Shown: positions 22,957 to 34,085 of the stretch, one piece after another | Layout: each line of letters begins with the position of its first letter | Numbering within the stretch: position 1 is the first letter of the stretch | DNA from: Vitrella brassicaformis CCMP3155 | Lineage: Eukaryota > Protista > Chromerida | DNA: 64,000 nt | Direction: 5' to 3' | Assembly: GCA_001179505.1 (NCBI GenBank) | Contig: CDMY01000336.1 | Location: 248,001-312,000 of the forward strand | Made by a program: the position numbers and the translations under genes | Notes under the pieces: model-generated | Told to the model about the DNA's origin: nothing | The model's database searches: none | The model's input: the letters and a program-made list of their open reading frames with translations, nothing else

Positions 22957-25900
22957 TCATTTGGCCACCAGAGTCAGGCTCAGCTGCAGGAACTCACCCT
23001 CCTGACTCAGCGCACTCTTGCTCTCCGTCATCGTATAGTGCGCACGCACTCTTTCGCAGCACCCCCACGCAAACGAGCGCAGGTCACTCAACTTGGCCGC
23101 TCTGTCCTCACCCTTCAACTCATCGGCAGACACCAGCACCTCGTCAATAGTGAGCTGTGACGGCCGGGCTGCCATAGCGCACTCAATGAGCGCCAGCAGG
23201 TCGGCCTTTCTGCAGCATGCCATATCCCCCCCTAGGCCTCCCCTCTCTCCCCTCTGCACCTCAATGTGCTTTATCTGTGCGATTCCCCTCGACCACATCG
23301 GAGGCACGGAACCGGGAAAACCGTGCGATGTGGGAGGCGTGGAAAACGTGACCTCATCCAGCTGCCTCACAGGAAGGAAGCACAGCACCTCACACGCCAG
23401 AGCTAAGCTACACGCACCTCGGAACCACACGGACTTGACCGATGTGAGCGTGCCCGTCAGCCCACTCAGCGCGCTGGGAAACCCACGCAGGTCAGTGGTA
23501 GGGAGGGAGGGAAGCCAGATGATCAAGCGCTCGATTGACGGGAAGCGCCGGATCGGCTGCTGCCGGCCTGGCAGGGCCGGCAGCCAAGTGGGGATGCTCT
23601 CGACCACAGCTGCGGCACTCACGCCGTGCTTGACGCGCACGGTGAGGGTCTTGGCGTGGGCGAAGACGAGCATGTCGCCAACGAGCTTGTGCACAGGTCT
23701 GCCGCCGAGCTTGAGCTCCACCTGACACAGCACAACACACAACGCGGCGCGCCCTGCCAGATGGATCCCTCATGCCTTATCATTCTTTCTCCTCTCACCT
23801 CGGTCGCTTTGGCCGCCAGCTGTGCAGCGATCTGGCCGTACAGCTTGTCGGGCGCTGTGAGCACAGGGGCACTCACACCGTCAGCACTGCTGCAGTCGAT
23901 GGTCATCGAGTTGTCGCGGGTGCGCCACTCGAGATGACAGCCGACCGCCACGGCCCACCACCGGAAGGTCTCTGTCGTGGCTCCGCCCTCCCAACGCCGC
24001 GCACCGATCGACAAACGGGGCACAACGAAGCCCAGCTTCTTGCGCACAGATGCACGCCATGGTCTCGCCCAGTGCGGCTCGAGGGCGTCCTTGAGCTGGT
24101 TCGCGCGGCGACCCACGTCGTCGAAGTCGATCTTCAGGCCGGTGATGGAGGTGATGTGGGGGCACTTGCCGAGGGCGACGGGGAAGTCAGCCCACTCCTG
24201 GTCGGTGAAGATGATGGGCGCGGCCTCCAGCTGCTGTATCTCCGGCGCCGTCTCGAGCACACGCACGACGGCTGTGGAGGGAAAGGGGAAGTCGACGCTC
24301 CGGAGGCTCCTCAGCGATGGAAGGTTCCATCGATTGCTGCAGACAGAGAGTACGCAAGGACCAAATGAACGAACGACAAAATGGAAGCTGGCGTCAATAC
24401 AGACATACATACCCGACGTGATGGAACCACGCCTTCGATCGGATGCTCATGTGCGCCAGCTTGGGGAAGGTGATACGCTGCCGGGGGCTGAACTTGCCGC
24501 CTCCATCCTGCTGGAACGCCATCCAGCCGCCCGATACGTGCAGCTCCGCCAGCGTGTCACTGGCTGCCTCCAGGACCTTCGCCACAGCCACCGACACGCT
24601 GGGCGCCCTCACGTGTGCCGCGTGAATGTTGCCCTGCAGACATACATGAAAGAGGCGCACGAGCACAGCCACCGCCACATCACATCAAATGCATGCATCC
24701 CACTCCCTCTTCCCACCCAGCCACCCACCAGCCGCTGAGATGGCGATGTGGTTTCAGAGAATAGCCATTTGATGTGTGTGTCGTCGCACGCTTCCTCCTC
24801 CAGTTTGTCGTATGTGTCGTACTCGTCCTCGGTCACGACCAAGGTGCGGTAGATGCCGAAGGTCTCGTCGGTGGCCTTGCCGTGGATCTCCCTACTGAGG
24901 TGCGTGAGGCGGCGTGTGGCGTCAATGGTGGTCAAGAAGGAACCCATGTGCCCCATCACGCCCGGGGGCAGACCAGCCAGACAGGGCCGGCCGTACTCCT
25001 GACACACACACACACACAGACAGACAGACAGACACAGTCACGCACAACAGTTTTTGGTGTCTGTTTGCGAATGAAGGCACCTGCCTCACCTTGGCCGCAG
25101 TGTTGCCTGCCCCTCCGTGCTGAGACCCCGACAAACCAGCACCGACCCCACCTGCACACCACGTTCACACACAGAACATTCCATCGAGGCGCTGTCAGGT
25201 GATGCATTCATTCATCGGTGTGACCAGCAGCGAGTTGCAGGCGGAGTTGCTGCAGCCGACTCAGTGGGGGACCCCCTGGGCGGCGCTGGCAGTCTGGCAC
25301 CTCCCAGTCCAACCCACCGAGCTGGTCGAAGATTCGCGATACGGGGTCGCCTGTGTTGCGCTCGCCAGCAGATGTGTTAGCATCCTCCACACGCACGCCT
25401 GAGTGCTTCCCATCAGTGGTCGACGCCTGCAGGTAGGTGCACCAAGATGGGAAGGGAAGGGCCCCATGTGTCTGAGATCGGACGTGCGTACCGCTGTCGA
25501 CTGCTGTAGTGTTGAGTTAGACGGCTGGTCCGAAGGCACCGCGCTACTCGCACGATGGATCAGGCTGAACATCAGGCCGTCATCTTGCCGATGCTGGGAT
25601 GAAATCACAAACACGCATACACACACATACACACACACACACACACACAAGCAGATACCGGTGATCACCATTTGTGGGGTGTGTGTGTGGCGTCGCTGTG
25701 TCGCAATCAATGATCCCCCACCTGCGTGTCTGTTTCCACCGAATGATCCTCCTGCTGTACAGCCGGCTCCACCGAAGCACCCTGACGGTAGGTGGACACA
25801 GACGGACACCACAACCAAACCACCAGGCAGTTGTCTTCTGTTCCCTGTTCGTGCCTTTTTGTCGATTAATGAATGGTTGTGCTGACCTCCTCTGCTCCCT

Positions 25901-26395
25901 GTTTCTGTGCGATGGCGTCTAGCTGCCCCATAGCGTCACCGTATGCGGCCGACAGGCTCGTCTGCATGAGGGCCAGGTTGTCACCCGACAGGCCCTGCAT
26001 GAAACGCACACACACGCAGCCACGCTCTGTCCTCGCTGCCCCGTGGCTGACAGTTTGGTTGATCTTTCCTGTGTGTGCGTGCCTGTGCATCGACTGCGTC
26101 GGTGAGCAGCTGCTCTGCATGGGCGGTCTGGGATCTAAGCTGCATACAAAGCAAGGACGGCATGTATAGAGAGGCGGACATCCTTCCCCTTCCAGCTGTC
26201 TGTGTACGCTCACCGCCCTGAGTTTGTCTACCGCCTCCAGCAACGCGGTCGAACTGTGCTGGCCACCCGCGCCTGCATCAACAGACAAGCGAACCGAATC
26301 CCAGACGACTGCAATGACATGGCCGACACTTCGTATCTGCCCTCACTGTGTTACGTACCTGTGCTATCGGCCGCCAGGATGGCAGCTGTGTCCAT
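22957..26395 (-). CDS. Multi-exon lineage-expanded hypothetical protein (F-box-like segment followed by an LRR-like region)
   Basis: Leader exons MDTAAILAADST|[33 protein letters not shown]-box-like CLAGLPPGVMGHMGSFL, then RWNLPSLRSL, CPHITSITGL and FPSIERLIIW. Ends ..LSLTLVAK*. Exon structure at 25.0-25.4 kb is uncertain. Confidence 0.65.
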
Positions 26396-26870
26396 CACAG
26401 ATGGGGATGGAGGGGACGGCGTGGCGTGGATGCAGCGTTTGCGCGCCTAAGGGACCTAAAGGGTTCAGGGTTCGGGTTTCAGGGTTCGCTTTCAGGGTTC
26501 GGGTTTCGGCGAGCAGAGCCCTGTTGGTGCCTCAGCCTGACTGACGTCATCATCTTCGCCATAGAATCATACCGACGGACGGCAGAGCGGCAGAGCTGAT
26601 TGAGTTGGAGGTGAATGGAGAGTCTGATGTCGGTGTACTGTAGCAGCATCGCATTGATATCAGCGGTACGCAGTAAGCGCACGCCAGACATACCGACGCA
26701 GAGAGCTCAGCACCATCAGACACATGTTGCCCAACATGCTCTCTTCTCTTCTCTTTGGTCCCCCGTTCTCAGGTCGGTGTACGTGCTGCCGTGATAGATC
26801 CATCCATCCATCCGATTGACTGAGTGAGTGGTCGATTTCCTTGCCGGTTGCCACACACGCCGGATCCACC
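26396..26870. promoter_or_regulatory. Putative divergent (bidirectional) promoter region, copy B
   Basis: Lies between ATG 26395 (-) and ATG 26871 (+); homologous to 33575-34085. Confidence 0.45.
26460..26508. repeat. Degenerate telomere-like (GGGTTCA/GGGTTTC) tract
   Basis: agggttcagggttcgggtttcagggttcgctttcagggttcgggtttcgg. Confidence 0.7.
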
Positions 26871-29462
26871 ATGATGGGCCCGCAACAGTACCAAAGGTAT
26901 GCATGGACACGTCAGTCACCAGAACAGCCACACATGACCACATCCATCAAGTCTTGAGAACGGCGGATGATGTTGATGTCCATTTGCTGTTTGTCATGCT
27001 GCAGTGGCCGCAATGTGGTGATGTCTGGTTCATCGGCTGGCAGACCTCTGCCCCTCGGCTGGGTCGGACGCAGCAGGCTCAGTGTTAGGCTCAGTGTTAC
27101 GGCCAGTCTTCCAAGCATACCTGGCGGTTGGAGATGTGGCAGAAGGAACAGGTGGAGGCGCTTGTGTGCGAGGCGGAACGACTGGACCTGGTGCTGGTGG
27201 CGGCGGGCTGCCCCCTCGCATCATCATCCTGGACGAGTCGTCCCCGGCCGACCACCCAGCAATTTACTAGCTGCGGGCATCCTCTCGCGCAGCTTCACCC
27301 GAGTCAGCCAGGTGACGGGCCTCATTCAGCAGCAGGGAGCAGACCCCATTGATGTGCAGCCCCTGCTGCGGGTGAAGGGCCGCACCACGACCCGCTTCGC
27401 CCCCTTTCCGCTGCTGCCCCTGTGCATCGACAACCTCACGGACAACCGCATCCCGTCCATCTGGGCAGCAGACGGCGATGATCGGCGCGTTCCCGTCGCT
27501 CTGCCGCTGTGGCGCACCCGCGGCCTGCAGGAGGGCGTCATGCGGAGCCTGATTGAGGAAGGTGCGGACATCAACGCCATCCCGACCGACGAGGACGGCT
27601 TTGACTGCCCGGGCGCCACGCCCATCCGCGTGGCCATCAAAGCATGCAACGAGAAGGCCTTCCATCTGCTCATGGCAGAGGCTGGGCTGCAGCTGGGGGG
27701 CCGTCAGGTGATGCGGGTTCCATGGACACTGGAGACGGACCGGCCCACCGAGGACCACGAGGCCACCCTGCTGTCCTTCTACCAGCAACTCCTCGATCGC
27801 GCCCCCACCCTCGCAGCCGAGACTGATGCAGGGTATGGCGGCAATCCGGTGCATTGGGTGGCCTTCACCCGTCCCGTGTGGTCCCAGTCCTTCATCGACA
27901 GCTACATCGGCCTGTTGGTGGCCAATGGGGCGGACATGACGGCAGTGGACTACCGTAACGCGACGCCACTGCACTGCGCGGCAGACTGCGGGTCCCACCG
28001 TGGCTGCCTCCCTGTGCCGCCGCCTCACGGCTGCTGACATCAACAGAGGGAGGCTGCACACCTGGTGTCCATGCATTCACCCCAATGACACGCCTCTCGC
28101 TGCTGCTGCCCAATGGCTCGATAAGGACATTCAGCGGCTGGACGACGACACTGCGGAGGCGGCAGACAAGGACAAAGCCACCAGCGAGATTCCCCATCTC
28201 AAGAGCACCATCCGTGTGCTGCTGCAGGCGGGGGCGGACATCGCCCGGCTCCGCACGGACACCGAGCGGGACCGCCGTCGTCGGCGTCTGGTGCTGCCCG
28301 AGTACAAGACGGTGCTCAACGAGGTCCCCATTGCCGCCATGTCGGCCATCAACGCCGCCCTGCGACCTCAGCGCGAGATGGCTGACGCGCTGACCAAGGC
28401 ATTCCACAACGGCACCGCCCAGCAACTCAAGGCCGCCTTCCCCTCATTCGACCCACTCCTCCCCCCCCNNNNNNNNNNNNNNNNNNNNNNNNNNNNNNNN
28501 NNNNNNNNNNNNNNNNNNNNNNNNNNNNNNNNNNNNNNNNNNNNNNNNNNNNNNNNNNNNNNNNNNNNNNNNNNNNNNNNNNNNNNNNNNNNNNNNNNNN
28601 NNNNNNNNNNNNNNNNNNNNNNNNNNNNNNNNNNNNNNNNNNNNNNNNNNNNNNNNNNNNNNNNNNNNNNNNNNNNNNNNNNNNNNNNNNNNNNNNNNNN
28701 NNNNNNNNNNNNNNNNNNNNNNNNNNNNNNNNNNNNNNNNNNNNNNNNNNNNNNNNNNNNNNNNNNNNGCCCCCTCCCCCCCTGCCCCCACACGTCGCCC
28801 CGGTGGCCGCCTGGCAGGACGACGAGACTCCCCTGGCCATCCGGGACATGTCGGCCGTCGCCTGGCGGGTGGCGTCCTTTTTCGTCGACCCATCGGCACT
28901 CGAGCAGACGCCCCGCCCCGTCCACAACGCGACGCTCTTCGGCCGGCGCATCAACAAGGCCATGGAGGTGTTCGTCCGCAGCGCTGTGTCGGCGGCGGGC
29001 AATCAGCAGGTGGTGGGAAGCGGGGGCAGCAACAAGAGGGACAGCCAGGGGGAGCGGGTGCGCCGCCCGCCACTGCAGTGCTTCGTCCTGGGCGGGGCGG
29101 ACGGCCGCAGACTGGGTGTGCGTGAGGTGATCCACAGGGCTCGGCTGGACGAGGCGGCGCAGCACGGCGTGGAGGGGGTGGTCAAGGGCTTTAACACCCA
29201 CCTCGGCGATAGCGACTGCCAGTTCCAGTGGCAGCAGCTGGGGTATGTGGGCAGCGGTGGGGGCTTCGAGTCTCTTGCTGCCGCATTCCAGCCGCCCGCG
29301 GGGCCGAGTGATAGCGAGGCGTCGGACGATAGCAGTGGAGATGACTTAGACGAGGGAGAGGATGGTGACGGTGGCGAGGGGTCGGCCGGTGGTGTTGGCG
29401 ACGTATCTGACGAGGGGGAGGGCCACGGGCATGATGATGATGATATGATGGAGGAAGAATAG
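26871..29462 (+). pseudogene. Ankyrin-family copy B, frameshifted, with a short leader exon and an acidic tail; spans a gap
   Basis: Exon 1 MMGPQQYQ, intron 26897-27004, then ankyrin ORF. A 2-nt loss near 27998 (caccgtggct versus caccgtgtggct in copy A) shifts the frame. Gap at 28469-28768. Ends ..DDDDMMEEE*. Confidence 0.75.
28469..28768. other. Assembly gap (300 N)
   Basis: Run of N flanked by poly-C. Confidence 1.
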
Positions 29463-29787
29463 TAGTGGCCTGGGCTGCAATAACAGGAGGGGTGCTGTCT
29501 TAGTGACGATGGGACGAACAGACGGATGGATGGATGTGTGCATGTGTGACTGCCTGACCGGCTGTGTGGTGTGTGTGAGTGAATGTCTTGTTTGTAATGT
29601 GATGACATAATTAATGGCTCCTTCTTAGCTCCAGCCGGGTCATTTCTCAATCTAGCCCTGTGCCACGGCATGGCATCTACCGCGCACTTGCACACCAAGC
29701 GAAACTCTTGTCGGATGCACGAGAGAATTTTCACCTGTGCATTTCACTGATCGCCACAACGTAAAGACGTCTAGCTGGCAAACTCAC

Positions 29788-30554
29788 TCAACGCCATTGT
29801 CCACCCACTGCCCGCCCGGCCCTCTCTGAGTACTGCCTGTCACGACCCACAGCTGCCCTCCTACCATGCCCCTTGTTAACCACCCCACCACCAGCAGCCC
29901 ATTTCCTGGCCTTCTCCCGCTTCTTCTCCCTGGACCTTGCCTCATGGATCTCGCCCCTCCTTTTGCGCAGCAGCGCCAAAGCGCTCTGAATGACGCTCCT
30001 GTCCCTCTCCCCTGCTGGCCCCCCTGGCGCAGCGACCACCTCGAAGTCATCGATACTGGCTGCATTCATATGGTCAGCTGCATCGGCCGCCTCGGTGCGT
30101 CGCTCCTTCTTGCTGGGCTTGTGGGACGATGCTGATGCTGACGTGTCGCGCTTGCGTTTCCCCCACTGTGTTGTGCCTGGGAGAGGCCGGCTGGTGCTGG
30201 CGTCTGGACCACCGTGCTGTGTGTGGGGGTGGGCTCCGTGGAGTGCCTTGCCAGGTGCCTCGGAGAGGCCGAATGAGGAGGCATAGTGTCCGAGGTGGAT
30301 GGCTCGGGGGTTGAAGAAGGCCTTCAGCTCCTTCTTGTACGTGTGATACGCCCTGCAGAAAGCAGACACACACGCAGCACAGGAATGAGCTATCTGGAGT
30401 GTTGTGTGTCGTGCTGTCATTCCAACACCCACCTGTGTGCCGATACGAATGCTCTGCGGGCTTTGGCGAGGAGGTCGGGGTCGCGGGCCACAGACTTGCA
30501 CACAAACGAGCCGAGAAAAGAGGCCAATCCCTGAAGGATAGATACAACAGACCA

Positions 30555-30586
<32 letters not shown>

Positions 30587-31016
30587 GTGTGTGTGTCCGT
30601 CGTGTGTTGGTCTGCCGCCCTGTCGTGTCGGCTGCTGACTTTGAGTTTGAGTGTCTTGAGGTGTTGTGCCACTTGTGCCTCCTGGAAGAGGTGCAGGATG
30701 GTGAACTCCGAGAGGAGCTTGACGTCCACACGGTGCTGCTTCAGACACTCCACATACCCCACCTCAGATGGCAACAAAAACACCACCGCATTGCCCTGAC
30801 AGACAGACAGATGGACGCAGAATGCCCCGGTTCGCTGCATTTGGCTGACGTCTTTGCCGAGACGGGCAGTGCGCCCCACACGGTGGATGTACTCCTCGAC
30901 CTCCTGCGGCGGGTCATACTGCACAATCCAGTCCACATGGGGCAGATCCAGCCCACGGGCGGCCACATCAGTCGCCAGCAGAATCGCCCGCCTCTGACGC
31001 GTGAAATCAGCCAAGT
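29788..31016 (-). CDS. DDX31: DDX31/Dbp7-type DEAD-box helicase C-terminal part, copy 1 (5' end lost in the gap)
   Basis: [32 protein letters not shown] (motifs V and VI) and [30 protein letters not shown], which is typical of the Dbp7/DDX31 C-terminal extension. Confidence 0.8.
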
Positions 31017-31316
31017 NNNNNNNNNNNNNNNNNNNNNNNNNNNNNNNNNNNNNNNNNNNNNNNNNNNNNNNNNNNNNNNNNNNNNNNNNNNNNNNNNNNN
31101 NNNNNNNNNNNNNNNNNNNNNNNNNNNNNNNNNNNNNNNNNNNNNNNNNNNNNNNNNNNNNNNNNNNNNNNNNNNNNNNNNNNNNNNNNNNNNNNNNNNN
31201 NNNNNNNNNNNNNNNNNNNNNNNNNNNNNNNNNNNNNNNNNNNNNNNNNNNNNNNNNNNNNNNNNNNNNNNNNNNNNNNNNNNNNNNNNNNNNNNNNNNN
31301 NNNNNNNNNNNNNNNN
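31017..31316. other. Assembly gap (300 N)
   Basis: Run of N. Confidence 1.
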
Positions 31317-32908
31317 GGCCACGGGGATGATGATGATATGATGGAGGAAGAATAGTAGTGGCCTGGGCTGCATTCGTAGGAGGGAGGGATGCTGTCTTAG
31401 TGACGGAGGGACGAAGCAGACGGACGGACGGATGGATGGATGTGTGCAGGTGTGACTGACTGACCGGCTGTGTGGTGTGTGTGAGTGAATGTCTTGTGTA
31501 TCATGTGATGACATAATTAATGGCTCTCTCTAAGCTCCAGCCGTGTCATTTCTCAATCTAGCTCTGTGCCACGGCACGGCATCTGCCGCACTTGCACACC
31601 AAGCCACACTCTTGTCTAGCTTTTTCACCTGTGCATTTCACTCATCGCCACAACGCAAAGACGTCTAGCTGGCAAACTAACTCAACGCCATATGTCCACC
31701 CACTACCCGCCCGGCCCTGAGCTCTGAGTGCTGCCTGTCACGACCCACAACCGCCCCCCTCCCATGCCCCTTTTTAACCACCCCACCACCAGCAGCCCAT
31801 TTCCTGGCCTTCTCCCGCTTCTTCTCCCCGGACCTGGCCTCATGGATCTCGCCCCTCCTTTTGCGCAGCAGCGCCAAAGCGCTCTGAATGACGCTCCTGT
31901 CCCTCTCCCCTGCTGGCCCCCCTGGCGCAGCGACCACCTCGAAGTCATCACTGGCTGCATTATGGTCAGCTGCATCGGCCGCCTCGGTGCGTCGCTCCCT
32001 CTTGCTGGGCTTGTGGGACGATGCTGATGCTGACGTGTCGCGCTTGCGTTTCCCCCACTGTGTTGTGCCTGGGACAGGCCGGCTGGTGCTGGCGTCTGGA
32101 CCACCGTGCTGTGTGTGTGGGTGGGCTCCGTGGAGTGCCTTGCCAGGTGCCTCGGAGAGGCCGAATGAGGACGCATAGTGGCCGAGGTGGATCGCTCGGG
32201 GGTTGAAGAAGGCCTTCAGCTCCTTCTTGTACGTGTGATACGCCCTGCAGAAGGCAGACACACATGCAGCACACAGGAATGAGCTGTCTTGAGTGTTGTG
32301 TGTCGTGTTGTGTTGTGTGTCGTGTTGTCATTCCCACGCTCACCTGTGTGCCGATACGAATGCTCTGCGGGCTTTGGCGAGGAGGTCGGGGTCGCGGGCC
32401 ACAGACTTGCACACAAACGAGCCGAGAAAAGAGGCCAATCCCTAAACGATACACCACACCAACACACACACACACACACGTGTGTCCGTTGTGTGCTGGT
32501 CTGCCGCCCTGTCGTGTCGGCTGCTGACTTTGAGTTTGAGTGTCTTGAGGTGTTGCGCCACTTGTGTCTCCTGGAAGAGGTGCAGGATGGTGAACTCCGA
32601 GAGGAGCTTGACGTCCACACGGTGCTGCTTCAGACACTCCACATACCCCACCTCAGATGGCAACAAAAACACCACCGCATTGCCCTGACAGACAGAAAGA
32701 TGGACACAGAATGCCCTCCCTGCTGTGCTGCATCTTGCTGACCTCTTTGCCGAGACGGGCCGTGCGCCCCACACGGTGGATGTACTCCTCGACCTCCTGC
32801 GGCGGGTCATACTGCACAATCCAGTCCACATGGGGCAGATCCAGCCCACGGGCGGCCACATCAGTCGCCAGCAGAATCGCCCGCCTCTGACGCGTGAAAT
32901 CAGCCAAG
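31317..32908. repeat. Diverged tandem copy of 29421-31016 (ankyrin-B tail, spacer and helicase 3' half)
   Basis: Both copies begin ggccacggg(c/g)atgatgatga..gaggaagaatagtagtgg and end gtgaaatcagccaagt, with scattered substitutions and indels between. Confidence 0.9.
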
Positions 32909-33574
32909 TAACCCTCCCTGCACACACAGCGACATGACAGGTGACCATGCAGTGGTGTGGTGGATGTGGTGTGGAGAACGTCGCCTCTTTCACCTGTCAT
33001 GGCGTTCCAGGTTGCCGTGGAGCTTGAACAGCTTCACGTCAGCAAAGACGGGCAGACCCACCATCTCACCCCACTCGGCCTCATCGGTCGCAGCGGCAGC
33101 CTGGTCGCCATCAAGATCCTCGTCGCTCAACTCTTCGGCATCGTCCGTGTCGTCCATGTCGTCCATGTCATCTGCCGCCTTGGCCTTTCCCCTTCGGCCC
33201 ATCTTGGCGAAGAACTTGCGGGCGATGGCCTGCTGCCGCGCATCGCTGACCGGCCGCCTGTCGGGGCGGGTCGCTGCCGATCTGCCCTGGAGAGCCTTGA
33301 GTGACGGCCATCGGATGGTGGGCCCAGCATAGCAAGGATAGCCGGCAGAGAGGCGGACATCCTTCCCCTTCCAGCTGTCTGTGTACGCTCACCGCCCTGA
33401 GTTTGTCTACCGCCTCCAGCAACGCGGTCGAACTGTGCTGGCCACCCGCGCCTGCATCATCAGACAAGCAAAGCGAATCCCAGAAGACTGCAATGACATG
33501 GCCGGCACTTCGTATCTGCCCTCACTGTGTTACGTACCTGTGCTATCGGCATGCATTTCGGCGGAGATTTCCAT
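31677..33574 (-). CDS. DDX31: Chimeric gene: two leader exons plus the C-terminal half of a DDX31/Dbp7 helicase (no DEAD domain)
   Basis: [12 protein letters not shown]|[12 protein letters not shown]|[20 protein letters not shown]|[15 protein letters not shown]|GNAVVF..|GLASF..SAHR|AYHTY..*. All junctions are GT-AG and phase-compatible. Confidence 0.65.
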
Positions 33575-34085
33575 CACAGAGGGGGATGGAGGTGGAGTGA
33601 GGGCTCAGGAGAGGGGAGCGGCGGAGGCAGCGTGGATGCCGCGCTTCCGCGCCTAAAGGGTTCAGGGTTCGGGTTTCAGGGTTCAGTATGCGGACTCGCA
33701 GTGCGGCGAGAAGCTGAGCCCGTTGGTGCCTCAGCCTGACTGACGTCATCATCTTCGCCATAGAATCATACCGACGGACGGCAGAGCGGCAGAGCTGGTT
33801 GAACTGGAGGTGAATGGAGAGTCTGATGTCGGTGTAGCAGCATCGCATTGATATCAGCGGCACGCAGTAAGCGCACCACGCCAGACATACCGACGCAGAG
33901 AGCTCAGCACCATCAGTCCAGCCAGAAAGCGAAACCACCCACACATGTTGCCCAAGAGGCTCTCTTCCCTTTGTTCTCTTGTTCTCAGGTGCACGCACTG
34001 CCGTGATAGATCCATCCATCCATCCGATTGACTGAGTGAGTGGTCGATTTCCTTGCCGGTTCCCACACACCACACCGGATCCACC
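33575..34085. promoter_or_regulatory. Putative divergent promoter region, copy C
   Basis: Lies between ATG 33574 (-) and ATG 34086 (+); homologous to copy B. Confidence 0.45.
33657..33685. repeat. Degenerate telomere-like tract, copy C
   Basis: agggttcagggttcgggtttcagggttca. Confidence 0.65.

Noticed and set aside
26479-26691. Minus-strand ORF inside the module spacer (..YTDIRLSIHLQLNQLCRSAVRRYDSMAKMM..)
   Set aside because: It is similar in both copies, but an indel changes the upstream frame, there is no clear start or splice path, and no domain is recognisable. Left uncalled.
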